Below the pieces are notes generated by a model. The model had not been told where the DNA came from, ran no database searches, and saw only the letters and a list, made by a program, of their open reading frames with translations. Shown here piece after piece: positions 1-8,659 of a stretch of 64,000 nucleotides of DNA. Position numbers and translations under genes: made by a program. This stretch comes from an uncultured Gammaproteobacteria bacterium. GTDB lineage: Bacteria; Patescibacteriota; Microgenomatia; Levybacterales; UBA12049. Location of the stretch: positions 53,610-117,609 of the forward strand of contig CAYYSJ010000002.1 in the NCBI GenBank assembly GCA_964474445.1, read 5' to 3'. Within the stretch, counting starts at the first letter, position 1. Each line of letters begins with the position of its first letter.

Positions 1-487
1 AAAACATTGTGATAAATGCGGTCAGTAATGGATCAACAACATAAAAATGAGCTGTTTGAATTGGTAATGTAGAAAGTCCATAGAGTGCACATCCTAACAG
101 CGCAATATTGGAAGAAAACATTCTTTTTCCCAGTAAGTAAATAAAAAGAATTGTTATGACTTCTGCAAAAATGGAGATATATCTTCCAACAAAACTCATG
201 CCACTATAGAGTCCAAGATCTGGAGACCATACTGAAGCAATGCTACTAATACTTTTTAAGAGATAAAGAGGGAAAGACCCATATGCAAAAAAATGTGGGT
301 TGAAAGAACTCATTGGAGAGAAAAATTCTGATAAAGAATGAGGGAGGCTAATTGGTTGAGAAAAGAGAATAATTGCTCTTTCATCAGGGTGAAGATGAAA
401 GTTTGCGTCCCAATTCATGCCATAAAACCTTATGCAAAAAGAAAAGAAAAGAATAAAGGCAAGTAGTATTCTGGCAATATATTTCAT
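1..487 (-). CDS. GT-C fold glycosyltransferase (PMT/ArnT-like, GT39/GT83-type). This is the N-terminal part; the C-terminus lies beyond the window edge. Not in the ORF table because it is truncated.
   Basis: The reverse-strand translation from ATG at 487 reads MKYIARILLAFILFFSFCIRFYGMNWDANFHLHPDERAII.., polytopic membrane. The N-terminus and the HPDE motif parallel the adjacent paralog at 484..2091. Confidence 0.55.
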   Translation of the reverse strand, partial: MKYIARILLAFILFFSFCIRFYGMNWDANFHLHPDERAIILFSQPISLPHSLSEFFSPMSSFNPHFFAYGSFPLYLLKSISSIASVWSPDLGLYSGMSFVGRYISIFAEVITILFIYLLGKRMFSSNIALLGCALYGLSTLPIQTAHFYVVDPLLTAFITMF

Positions 488-2091
488 AACTTTTTCTCAA
501 ATATCATAACAGTCGGTCTGTCAAAAACATTTGCAGTTTCTTCTACATGATAAAGAGGATTACCTATATATGTTAACGTACAAAAGATATCACAGGGAGT
601 TTCATAGATTTTTCTGTAGTTGGTGTTGTTGGATAGTAGATTTGTATAAAATGTTGCTCCAAGAGGGAATACGGTCTTATTTATTAATCTACTGTGAATA
701 AGTCGTTGGCTTGGAAGCACAAAAACATGTGCAATAGAAAAGTTCTGTTCAACTGTTGTAAATGCTTGTGGATTTTGATCCACCTCATACATGGGAAGTT
801 GAGTAATGGTAGGGAACATGTTATTAAATGGAAGAATTCCTAAATCATACGGTTCCGTTACAAGCATAGTAGTATTTGCAATATGATCCTGTGCCCATTG
901 TGCTGCGACAACTCGTGTATCAGGAGAAAAATAAACAGTTTTGATAAAAGAGTAGGTAAAGGCAAGTGAAACAAGAGCTATTGTTACATAGAGAAACCGT
1001 TTCACTTGAAGTGGTATGTATTCTAGCCACACAGAAATAATAATATACACAAATCCAAGTGTGGGGACCATATACCGTGCCCATTTTACAAATAAGAATG
1101 CTTGGGATACGAATATTATTAAGTAGTATATCGTAAGTAAAACCAATACAAGGTTTTTATGTTTTATTCCTTTTATCACAAGGAAAAGAAAAGCAGGAAT
1201 TAAAAGAACAGTTAGCAATGGATTCAATAAGAATGGGTATACCATTATAAACTGGAAAATAACAGGGATAGTGTTAAAAAAACTTCCTGTATAAAAAACA
1301 GGTAATGACCCGAGTGCTACTGAAGACTCATACTGCATACTCCCTAAGAAATCTTTTGTATCAAGTATTGCGAAAGGATTCGTTATAAGATAGATTGACC
1401 CAATGCAAAAAAAGTAAAGGAGAAAAGAAGAAAATACTTTAGGAATTACTATTGATTTTGTTTTAAAAAAGTAAAGAAAACTACAAAGAAGAGGAAAAAC
1501 GATGAGGGTAAGGTTTGAAATCTTTATTGATACTAAAATTCCCATAACTATCCCTGCAAAAAGTATATGTTTCACAGAGCTATTTCGTAGGAGAAGTAGT
1601 GAAGCATAAAACAGCCAAAGAGCAAAAAATGTTGTCCATATCTCAAATGTTCCAAAATGTGCATATTGAATAAACCCAGTACTAATGACTGCGAGAAAAG
1701 CACTAAATAACCCGATGCGTTTATTCCATAGTTTTGTGCCAATAAAAAAAAGGGAAAGTATTGTAAGAGATGATAACAATGCAGAGAAAAAGCGTAGCCA
1801 AAAAATCATAAAAGCAAAATCATTTTGTTTATTTGCTATATAGGAAAAAAGAGTACTTGCAAGGTAGATAAAATAGATAGGCAAAGATCCATATGCGAAA
1901 AAATGTGGATTCATCTGTGAAGGAAAAGAAAGTTGGCTTATCGCGTAGATGATATTTCTCTCATCAGGATGAAAGAAATATGGTGCCCCCCAGAGAAGAT
2001 TATAAAACCGGAGGAATGCTCCTATGAGAATAAGTATACCTATCAGAAACCAATAATTTTTGAGAGCAAAAAAACGATTTGAAAAATTCAT
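484..2091 (-). CDS. GT-C fold glycosyltransferase, dolichyl/undecaprenyl-phosphate-sugar dependent (PMT/ArnT-like, COG1807-type)
   Basis: 535 aa with more than 10 predicted TM helices and the N-terminal motif FYNLLWGAPYFFHPDERN typical of the PMT_2/ArnT family. A tandem paralog lies downstream. Confidence 0.7.
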   Translation of the reverse strand: MNFSNRFFALKNYWFLIGILILIGAFLRFYNLLWGAPYFFHPDERNIIYAISQLSFPSQMNPHFFAYGSLPIYFIYLASTLFSYIANKQNDFAFMIFWLRFFSALLSSLTILSLFFIGTKLWNKRIGLFSAFLAVISTGFIQYAHFGTFEIWTTFFALWLFYASLLLLRNSSVKHILFAGIVMGILVSIKISNLTLIVFPLLCSFLYFFKTKSIVIPKVFSSFLLYFFCIGSIYLITNPFAILDTKDFLGSMQYESSVALGSLPVFYTGSFFNTIPVIFQFIMVYPFLLNPLLTVLLIPAFLFLVIKGIKHKNLVLVLLTIYYLIIFVSQAFLFVKWARYMVPTLGFVYIIISVWLEYIPLQVKRFLYVTIALVSLAFTYSFIKTVYFSPDTRVVAAQWAQDHIANTTMLVTEPYDLGILPFNNMFPTITQLPMYEVDQNPQAFTTVEQNFSIAHVFVLPSQRLIHSRLINKTVFPLGATFYTNLLSNNTNYRKIYETPCDIFCTLTYIGNPLYHVEETANVFDRPTVMIFEKKL

Positions 2092-2147
2092 TATTTCATA
2101 ATTTCACTATCTCATTACCAAAAAATAACAATGGGACAATGTCGAAA

Positions 2148-3416
2148 TTATCTTGTTATGCGGCTTGCAATTTTTTGTCCAAGTTCTATCGCATAATTTG
2201 TCCCTCTATCCCATGGGTATACCTGTTGGATGTTCGCAAGATAAATATTTGCAAGTGGCGTATCAAAAGGAGGCATAATCTTTGAGTAATTAACTGGAAT
2301 AATTGGTTGTGCAAAAGGGGTTTTAAAAATATCAACACCAACCAAATCTTTTTCGTACCCTGGATGAAGAACTTGGAGGATATGATCAAATTCTTTCAGA
2401 ATTTCTTTTTCCGACATTGCAAAGTATGGGTGATTATGGGGAAGATAATTCCCAAGATAGACAAGATGTTCATTATTGTAATGTCTTTTATTCATAAAAT
2501 TTGTATGTTCGACAACAGCCATAACAGGTGAAGCAGGGTCACATATACTCAACCAATATGTATTATCTGTTAAAAATTGTTTTTTAAGACGCAGAACAAC
2601 AGTCATAGCCCCAAGTCCTTCTAATTTTTGTAATTTCTCTTTATAGTCCTGTGGGAGAGAAGGACATAGTTTAAGAAATGGGAAAGAAGGAAGTGTCACA
2701 ATCACTTTATCAAATTCATATTTTTCTTTTCCAACAACAACATAGGGTCTATCTTTTCCAGGTTTTATTTCTGTAACTCCTGCACTGTAGAGAAATGTAC
2801 CACCTTTTTCTTTAATTGCTTTTTCCAACTGTTTAGCAAATAGTAAAAAGCCTCCTCGTGGGTAAGCAAGAGAGGGAGTTCTTTTAACAATACGTGCCCA
2901 AAACCAAGCCAGGGAAATCCTATCTGCAAAGCTACCAAATTTATTTGTTAATTGTGGTTCCCAAATTAACTTATATGCCTTTTCCCCCATTGCTTTAGGA
3001 AGATATTCTGAAGCTTTTACCCTCTCCATCGGTTTCCAGAAAGGGTTAATACGAAGCAATCCAAGTGTTTCAACCATTCTCAGCCTATCCCAAATAGGTA
3101 GTTTTGGAAAAGTCAGAAATGCTGAAGGAGAATCAAGTTGATATATTTTCCCGTCTATAAATACAGATGTTTTTGGACGTTTTATCGTAACAGGGAAATG
3201 AATTTCTTTAGCAAGCGATAGGACTATATTGTCGTTAGTAAACCAGTGGTGGTAGTAACTTTCAAGCGTCCATTCCCATTCTTTTTTTGTGTATCCTATG
3301 GCAAGTCCTCCTGGATTCTGGTCTTTCTCAAATACGGTAACAGAATGTCCCTCTTTACTGAGTGCATATGCTGCTGCGAGTCCTGTAAACCCTGCTCCAA
3401 TAATTCCTATTTTCAT
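2148..3416 (-). CDS. FAD-dependent oxidoreductase (amine-oxidase / UDP-galactopyranose-mutase-like Rossmann fold)
   Basis: N-terminal MKIGIIGAGFTGLAAAYAL..VFEKDQNPGG dinucleotide-binding motif. HHWFTND resembles the Glf HIFHTND motif. 422 aa. Confidence 0.6.
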   Translation of the reverse strand: MKIGIIGAGFTGLAAAYALSKEGHSVTVFEKDQNPGGLAIGYTKKEWEWTLESYYHHWFTNDNIVLSLAKEIHFPVTIKRPKTSVFIDGKIYQLDSPSAFLTFPKLPIWDRLRMVETLGLLRINPFWKPMERVKASEYLPKAMGEKAYKLIWEPQLTNKFGSFADRISLAWFWARIVKRTPSLAYPRGGFLLFAKQLEKAIKEKGGTFLYSAGVTEIKPGKDRPYVVVGKEKYEFDKVIVTLPSFPFLKLCPSLPQDYKEKLQKLEGLGAMTVVLRLKKQFLTDNTYWLSICDPASPVMAVVEHTNFMNKRHYNNEHLVYLGNYLPHNHPYFAMSEKEILKEFDHILQVLHPGYEKDLVGVDIFKTPFAQPIIPVNYSKIMPPFDTPLANIYLANIQQVYPWDRGTNYAIELGQKIASRITR

Positions 3417-4771
3417 AATGCTGTTCCACGGCTTATCAAGAATAATACAATACCAATAACCGTTGTGACAATACCGGTTGTTCCTGCAACGACAATGGTA
3501 TTACTTCCTGTTGGTGGAAGTGTAGGGCGAGGTGTGACTGATGGAGTGGTCTTGATAGCCAATGTTGGCTGTAAGGTTGGTGTTAGAGATGAGGGTTGGA
3601 TAGTTGGAGTGGGAGTTGGGATTGCTATGGTTATGGTTGGTTGTGCAGAGGGTGTTGCTGACTGGTCTACCTGGGATCCTGCTGCAAAAACAGTAAATGA
3701 TTGTTCTATGGTGTGTAAAATACCGTTTGCGTCTTTTGTCATAACAGTTAATGTATGGTTACCGGGAGACAATTGCTGTGTTGGGCGATATGTCCAATTA
3801 CCAGCAGTATCTGTTGTAACAGTGCCAGTAATGACTTGGGATGAATGTATCTCTATCGTTACCGTTTGGTTAGGAAGAGCTTTTCCACTAAATCGAGGTT
3901 GTGCATCGGTAAAAGCTTCGTTCTTTTTTGGAGTAATAATAACTGGGGTTGCTGCCAGTGTATTAGAGGATGAAAATGCCGGAAAACCGATAGATGCTGC
4001 TGCAGAATCTGATGCCAAAGGCTGCAATGATGTAGTGAAGTTGTATGTCTGAGAAAGTGTGATAAGAGGGATAGGGTTACTTCCCGATAGTAAAACAGTT
4101 GCTTGAGATGTTGACGTCCCATCGGTTGCTAAAATATGAAGAGGGGTTGCATTTTGGAATACAAAAGGAGTCTTCCCATCAGCTGTTTTGTACGTATTGA
4201 GTGGAATAGTATAGATCCCTGAGGCTTTGGTAAGTGTTGATAATAGTTCTCCTTTATCAGCAGTAACATAAACCAGGGCTTCTCCTGGGATGTTTCCATC
4301 TGCAGTAACCAATTTACCACTCACTGGGTTTTGAGAAGACGGATTGTTATTAAGTTTTGGTGCTGTTTGGAGAGTGAAATATGCGTCGTGATTAAGGTAT
4401 GTTGTTGTCCCCGATGTTATTGAAAAAATATACGCTGTTCCTGGTAGAAGATTTTTGATACTGATACTGTGTACTCTGTAAAGCTGTGGGTTTCCTGACT
4501 GTTGATCTCTCTCATCAAGAATTGTTTTGAGGGAGTTTTTATCTTGTCCCATAGAGATTGTTCCGATAACTTTTGCATCTGTTGTATAAGTAATTGTTGC
4601 ATTAGTATCAGAGATATTGGTTACTCGGACGTTTTGTGGGTTTTCTGAAGGTGCAGCGCCACTAAAAAAAATAACGCCTGATTGCACTAAAAATGTTGTA
4701 CCTAAAACAGTTGCGGTAATAAAAACTAATGCCAAGATTGTAGGAACTTTCCTATTCCAGATGTTTCTCAT
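3413..4771 (-). CDS. Secreted cell-surface protein with Fn3/Ig-like repeats, a Thr/Pro-rich linker and a C-terminal LPPTG sortase-type sorting signal
   Basis: Signal-peptide-like N-terminus. The C-terminus reads ..PTPTPTIQPSSLTPTLQPTLAIKTTPSVTPRPTLPPTGSNTIVVAGTTGIVTTVIGIVLFLISRGTAL (LPxTG + hydrophobic + R). The start overlaps the upstream gene stop by 4 nt. Confidence 0.6.
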   Translation of the reverse strand: MRNIWNRKVPTILALVFITATVLGTTFLVQSGVIFFSGAAPSENPQNVRVTNISDTNATITYTTDAKVIGTISMGQDKNSLKTILDERDQQSGNPQLYRVHSISIKNLLPGTAYIFSITSGTTTYLNHDAYFTLQTAPKLNNNPSSQNPVSGKLVTADGNIPGEALVYVTADKGELLSTLTKASGIYTIPLNTYKTADGKTPFVFQNATPLHILATDGTSTSQATVLLSGSNPIPLITLSQTYNFTTSLQPLASDSAAASIGFPAFSSSNTLAATPVIITPKKNEAFTDAQPRFSGKALPNQTVTIEIHSSQVITGTVTTDTAGNWTYRPTQQLSPGNHTLTVMTKDANGILHTIEQSFTVFAAGSQVDQSATPSAQPTITIAIPTPTPTIQPSSLTPTLQPTLAIKTTPSVTPRPTLPPTGSNTIVVAGTTGIVTTVIGIVLFLISRGTAL

Positions 4772-5088
4772 TGCAGTGAACCTCCTTGAGATGCTACCTT
4801 TGCAGACGCAGTAGCAACATAAAGCGGTGGAAGTGGTGTAGGCGTTGGACTTGGTGTCAGGGAAATCGTTGGTATAGGAGAGATAGTAAAGGCAGGATTG
4901 ACGACAAGACGTTTAGCCATCTTTGCTAGCGTTGCAGTATCAAAGCTTGCTTCAATCGGAGCAATAGCTTCACTTGTTGTTGTGCTGATTGTTGAGGTCT
5001 GTGAGTTGTGAACAATAGTAAATGCGATCCACGCAAAGACAACCACACAGGCTGATGCTAATAAAAATAATACATCTCGTTGTTTCAT
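4768..5088 (-). CDS. Small membrane-anchored protein (possible pilus-assembly accessory)
   Basis: One N-terminal TM helix (LFLLASACVVVFAWIAFTIV) and a Thr/Pro-rich tail. Translationally coupled between the PilO-like and LPPTG genes. Confidence 0.4.
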   Translation of the reverse strand: MKQRDVLFLLASACVVVFAWIAFTIVHNSQTSTISTTTSEAIAPIEASFDTATLAKMAKRLVVNPAFTISPIPTISLTPSPTPTPLPPLYVATASAKVASQGGSLQ

Positions 5089-5090
5089 AC

Positions 5091-5726
5091 TTATGCTTTA
5101 AAATATGTTTTCCCTCGTATTTGCATTCTGAATGTTGTGTCTATCTTACCCACATGGGTAATACTTATTGTTTCAAGGGTGATAAGTCTATTCAAGTTGG
5201 CAAGATTGGTGACATATTTGATCAAATTTGCATAATCTCCTTGTATTTCAATAGAAAATTCATACGTTGTATATTTTGCAGCAGCAGTTTTTTGCGTGAT
5301 ATCAACTGGAAGCGTCTGGACACGGGTTAGCTGTACATTAGAAGTTCCAGCAAGAGTATGAATTTGTCCCATGAATATGTCAATTGATAAATTGGTTGGA
5401 ATTGCATCATAAAGGGGTGGCAATGTGTTTTGTAGATTAGAATAAAGCTGCTGAAGCGTAGTGAGATTAGCTATTTTTTTTTGCAAGCTTTGATGAGTAA
5501 AATTGTCATCGTCTAACTGTTTTTGCAAATCAGCAATAGTACCTAATGTTGGGTTAATTGCAAAAAGACCAAAAAAGGCGATAGTGAGAAGGGTCAGAGT
5601 AAGTGTTGTAAACTGTTTAGCTCGTTTCTCTTTCATACCAGGAATAATTGAAAGGAATAATTTGCTTTCTTTTGGGTTACCAATGCCAAGATTTTTTATA
5701 CTGGGTAAAGATATTTTCAGATTCAT
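5091..5726 (-). CDS. PilO-like type IV pilus assembly protein
   Basis: A single TM helix (TLTLTLLTIAFFGLFAI) followed by a coiled-coil (IADLQKQLDDDN..LQQLYSNLQ) and an alpha/beta C-terminal domain. Adjacent to the PilN-like gene with ATGA overlap. Confidence 0.45.
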   Translation of the reverse strand: MNLKISLPSIKNLGIGNPKESKLFLSIIPGMKEKRAKQFTTLTLTLLTIAFFGLFAINPTLGTIADLQKQLDDDNFTHQSLQKKIANLTTLQQLYSNLQNTLPPLYDAIPTNLSIDIFMGQIHTLAGTSNVQLTRVQTLPVDITQKTAAAKYTTYEFSIEIQGDYANLIKYVTNLANLNRLITLETISITHVGKIDTTFRMQIRGKTYFKA

Positions 5727-6280
5727 AATAGTGTTTTTTGTTTTGTTGTTTTAAAAGTTGCTGTTAATCCAATAGTATACTCTCCTGTTGCTGATTTATT
5801 CTCTAGCTTATCAATACTTACTTTTGCAATTGAAGTATATGCTTTAAGTTTTTTGACAAATGTTGAAAGAGAAACAACAGAACCAACAGAGGCATCAATA
5901 TGAATATCCGTTGTTGAGTAAAAAATATTTTGTACAACCATATCTGATGGGAAAAAGCTGGTAAGATCGAGGAGCGTTTTTAGTTGTGTTGTCGTATCTG
6001 CATCAATAGTTTTTGCAAGTAAAAGCCTATCTTGCACATTGTGATATGTTGTCTCATTGTTTTTGAGTAAACCAACAATAACTTTTTCCTGATTAATCCG
6101 GTCATTAAGGTCAAGAATTTGTCTATCAAGACCAAATCGGAAAAGAAATGCTCCAAGGGCAATCGCCTCAGTTGCTATCACTAATACTCTTCCGATAGAA
6201 AGCGCCCACGAAAAAAAACGGTCAATAAAGTGTTCCCCTCTATTTTTTGCAAGATTAATTGTAGGAGAAGATTTTTCCAT
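5723..6280 (-). CDS. PilN-like fimbrial assembly protein
   Basis: N-terminal INLAKNRGEH.. resembles the PilN INLLP motif. One TM helix, then a coiled-coil/periplasmic domain. 185 aa. Confidence 0.45.
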   Translation of the reverse strand: MEKSSPTINLAKNRGEHFIDRFFSWALSIGRVLVIATEAIALGAFLFRFGLDRQILDLNDRINQEKVIVGLLKNNETTYHNVQDRLLLAKTIDADTTTQLKTLLDLTSFFPSDMVVQNIFYSTTDIHIDASVGSVVSLSTFVKKLKAYTSIAKVSIDKLENKSATGEYTIGLTATFKTTKQKTLL

Positions 6281-6380
6281 ACTACTATTAGTCTAGGAAG
6301 TATGGGCTAAATTGTCAAAGGAAAAATCATGTAAGTGAAGGATTGCTTGTATAAGTTTTAGATGAAGTGAAACAACAGGT

Positions 6381-6698
6381 TTATTTTTTCTTTGGAGCTG
6401 CTTTTCTAACCACTTTTTTCTCTGATTTTGCAGTCACTTTTGCTGATGCAGTTTCTCCTTTTCCACCGCCAATAAGCTTGGAAAGGGCTGATTTGATACG
6501 TGCAGCTTTATTTTTATGAAGAATATGTTTTTTTGCAGCTTTATCTGTCAAACTTGTTGCTTTTTTAACCGTTGCAAGAGTTGGACTTTTCTTTGCTGCT
6601 TTAATAGCATCTTTTAATGCATCTTCTTTCTTTGCATTTCGGACCGTTCGCTTTTTGTCCTGGCGAAGTTTCTTTTTTGCTGATTTTATAACTGGCAT
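6381..6698 (-). CDS. rpsT: 30S ribosomal protein S20 with a Lys-rich C-terminal extension
   Basis: MPVIKSAKKKLRQDKKRTVRNAKK...HKNKAARIKSALSKL matches the S20 family. Start chosen at MPVIK inside the 6381..6704 ORF. Confidence 0.85.
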   Translation of the reverse strand: MPVIKSAKKKLRQDKKRTVRNAKKEDALKDAIKAAKKSPTLATVKKATSLTDKAAKKHILHKNKAARIKSALSKLIGGGKGETASAKVTAKSEKKVVRKAAPKKK

Positions 6699-6746
6699 GA
6701 GCATATTTTATCATGCTATACTGAAGATCGCAACTATAAACATCAT

Positions 6747-8405
6747 ATGGTAAAGAATTTCTTTCAAAAAAGCCTTTCTATCCTCTTCAAACAGCAAACA
6801 AATATCCTTTCTGCGGCCTTCATTATCATGGCAACGGTTATTCTCTCCCAATTTTTAGGTCTTATTAGACAGCGTTTCTTAGTAGGTATTTTTGGTGCAT
6901 CTAATACCCTTGGAGTTTATTTAGCATCGTCTCGTTTACCTGACTTTCTATTTCAACTCATTATCGCTGGAGCATTGTCGAGTGCCTTTATCCCTGTTTT
7001 TTCTGATTATCTTGCTCGAGGAAAAGAGAAGGAAGGGCATGAATTTGCCTCAACGCTCCTTGCCCTTGGTCTTGGTATCTTTTTTGTTATTTCTCTTATT
7101 CTTTTTGTGTTTGCTGAATATTTTTCCTATCTTGTTGCTCCCGGCTTTAGCCATTCCCAGCTTACTCTTATGGCTAACCTCATGCGAGTTATTATCGTTG
7201 GGGAAATGTTTTTTATTATTGCAAGTTTCCTTTCAGCAATTCTTCAATCATACAGTCATTTTTTTATTCCAGGGATTGCTGCTGCTTTATATAATTTAGG
7301 AATTATTCTTGGTATCGTGACATTGTGGCCATGGCTTGGAATTTATGCTCCAGCAGTTGGTGTTATCGTAGGTGCTCTTATTTTTGTACTTCTCCAGATA
7401 CCACTGGTGAGAAGTGTTGGATTTCGTTTTCATCCAACATCTTTAAAAAATGTGAGCGGTATAAAAGAAGTCTTTCATCTTATGTGGCCACGAACTATCT
7501 CTTTGGGAATTTTTCAAATAGGGACATTGCTTACTGTCACGCTTATTTCATTTTTATCAGACCCTGGAAGAAGTTATGTGATTTTTGATTATGCTCAAAC
7601 CTTAGCATTTGCGCCTGTTGCTCTCTTTGGTCAGACTATTGCTCAGGCTGCATTCCCGGTCCTTTCCAGACAGAGGGAGAAGCTAGATGATTTTAAGGTA
7701 ACATTTTTAACAAGTCTTTCACAAATGCTCTATCTTGTTTTGCCAATCTCCATTTTATTCTTAGTGCTTCGTATTCCAATCGTTCGTCTTGTTTACGGTG
7801 CATCACAGTTTGACTGGCCTGCGACGGTCATGACAGGAAGAATTTTGGCACTTTTTACTATTTCACTTTTTGCACAAGCGCTAACCTATCTTGTTTCTCG
7901 AGCCTTTTATGCATTACATGACACTGTCATCCCTCTTGTTGTTGGTGCTGTCTCAACAGCTGTTATGCTTGGGATTGCTGCAATTATGGTCTTTGGGCTG
8001 CATGCTGGCATATCAAGCATTGCCATCTCATATTCCTTTGGGAGTATTTTTCAATTTATTGTGTTGTTTGTATTACTTTCCTATAAAACAGGAGGCTTTG
8101 AAAGGTCATATCTATTCTTTTCATTTTCAAAAATTATTATCGCAACCTTTTTCACCGGATTTGCTCTCTATATTCCTCTCAAACTCTTAGATCAGCTTGT
8201 TTTTGATACAACTCACACCATTAACCTTATTCTTCTGACTGGTATTACCAGTCTTATTGGATTATCACTCTACCTTTTCCTCACATGGATTTTTCAAGTA
8301 AAAGAAGCACAAACCTATGTTGTTATGTTTAAGAGTCTTGGAAATTGGAAAGAAATTCTTACTAAAATTCAGGAGCTTCTCGAAGGGACCAGTCCAAAAG
8401 TGTAA
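6747..8405 (+). CDS. murJ: Lipid II flippase MurJ/MviN
   Basis: 552 aa, 14 TM-type protein. N-terminus LSAAFIIMATVILSQFLGLIRQRFLVGIFGAS..YLASSRLPDF is typical of MurJ. Confidence 0.85.
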   Translation: MVKNFFQKSLSILFKQQTNILSAAFIIMATVILSQFLGLIRQRFLVGIFGASNTLGVYLASSRLPDFLFQLIIAGALSSAFIPVFSDYLARGKEKEGHEFASTLLALGLGIFFVISLILFVFAEYFSYLVAPGFSHSQLTLMANLMRVIIVGEMFFIIASFLSAILQSYSHFFIPGIAAALYNLGIILGIVTLWPWLGIYAPAVGVIVGALIFVLLQIPLVRSVGFRFHPTSLKNVSGIKEVFHLMWPRTISLGIFQIGTLLTVTLISFLSDPGRSYVIFDYAQTLAFAPVALFGQTIAQAAFPVLSRQREKLDDFKVTFLTSLSQMLYLVLPISILFLVLRIPIVRLVYGASQFDWPATVMTGRILALFTISLFAQALTYLVSRAFYALHDTVIPLVVGAVSTAVMLGIAAIMVFGLHAGISSIAISYSFGSIFQFIVLFVLLSYKTGGFERSYLFFSFSKIIIATFFTGFALYIPLKLLDQLVFDTTHTINLILLTGITSLIGLSLYLFLTWIFQVKEAQTYVVMFKSLGNWKEILTKIQELLEGTSPKV

Positions 8406-8659
8406 TTATGGCGTTTTTTAAAACGAAAACAATTTACTGCAAGTACCCCTACCTATTACCACAAAAACAACTCCAAAGAAACAATTGGAAAGTTGTTGAA
8501 ATAATGATAGGTGAAATTACTTTTTAAACAAAAAGACCCTTTTTCGGCTTCTTTCCTTTCCCTTAGCCTCGTTTTCTGATAAAATAAACCGGTTAAGGTG
8601 TTTCGGTTCGATACATATGATCTATGGCATGACCAATGGCACCGTAACAGTAATAAAGT

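Noticed and set aside
3246-4052. 268-aa + strand ORF, and similar ORFs (9061..9672 -, 10532..11112 +, 12060..12542 -, 13157..13699 -, 45228..45669)
   Set aside because: They lie entirely antisense to well-supported genes: the LPPTG protein, lepA, the Gly-rich protein, groEL and dnaJ. Their odd compositions (Val/Gly/Cys or Pro runs) mirror the codons of the sense gene. They are shadow ORFs.
8406-8659. 255-nt intergenic region upstream of lepA, examined for a riboswitch or T-box
   Set aside because: There is no T-box specifier or antiterminator motif (AGGGUGGNACCGCG), and no known aptamer core is recognisable. It holds only weak hairpins (GCGTTTT-TT-AAAACG).
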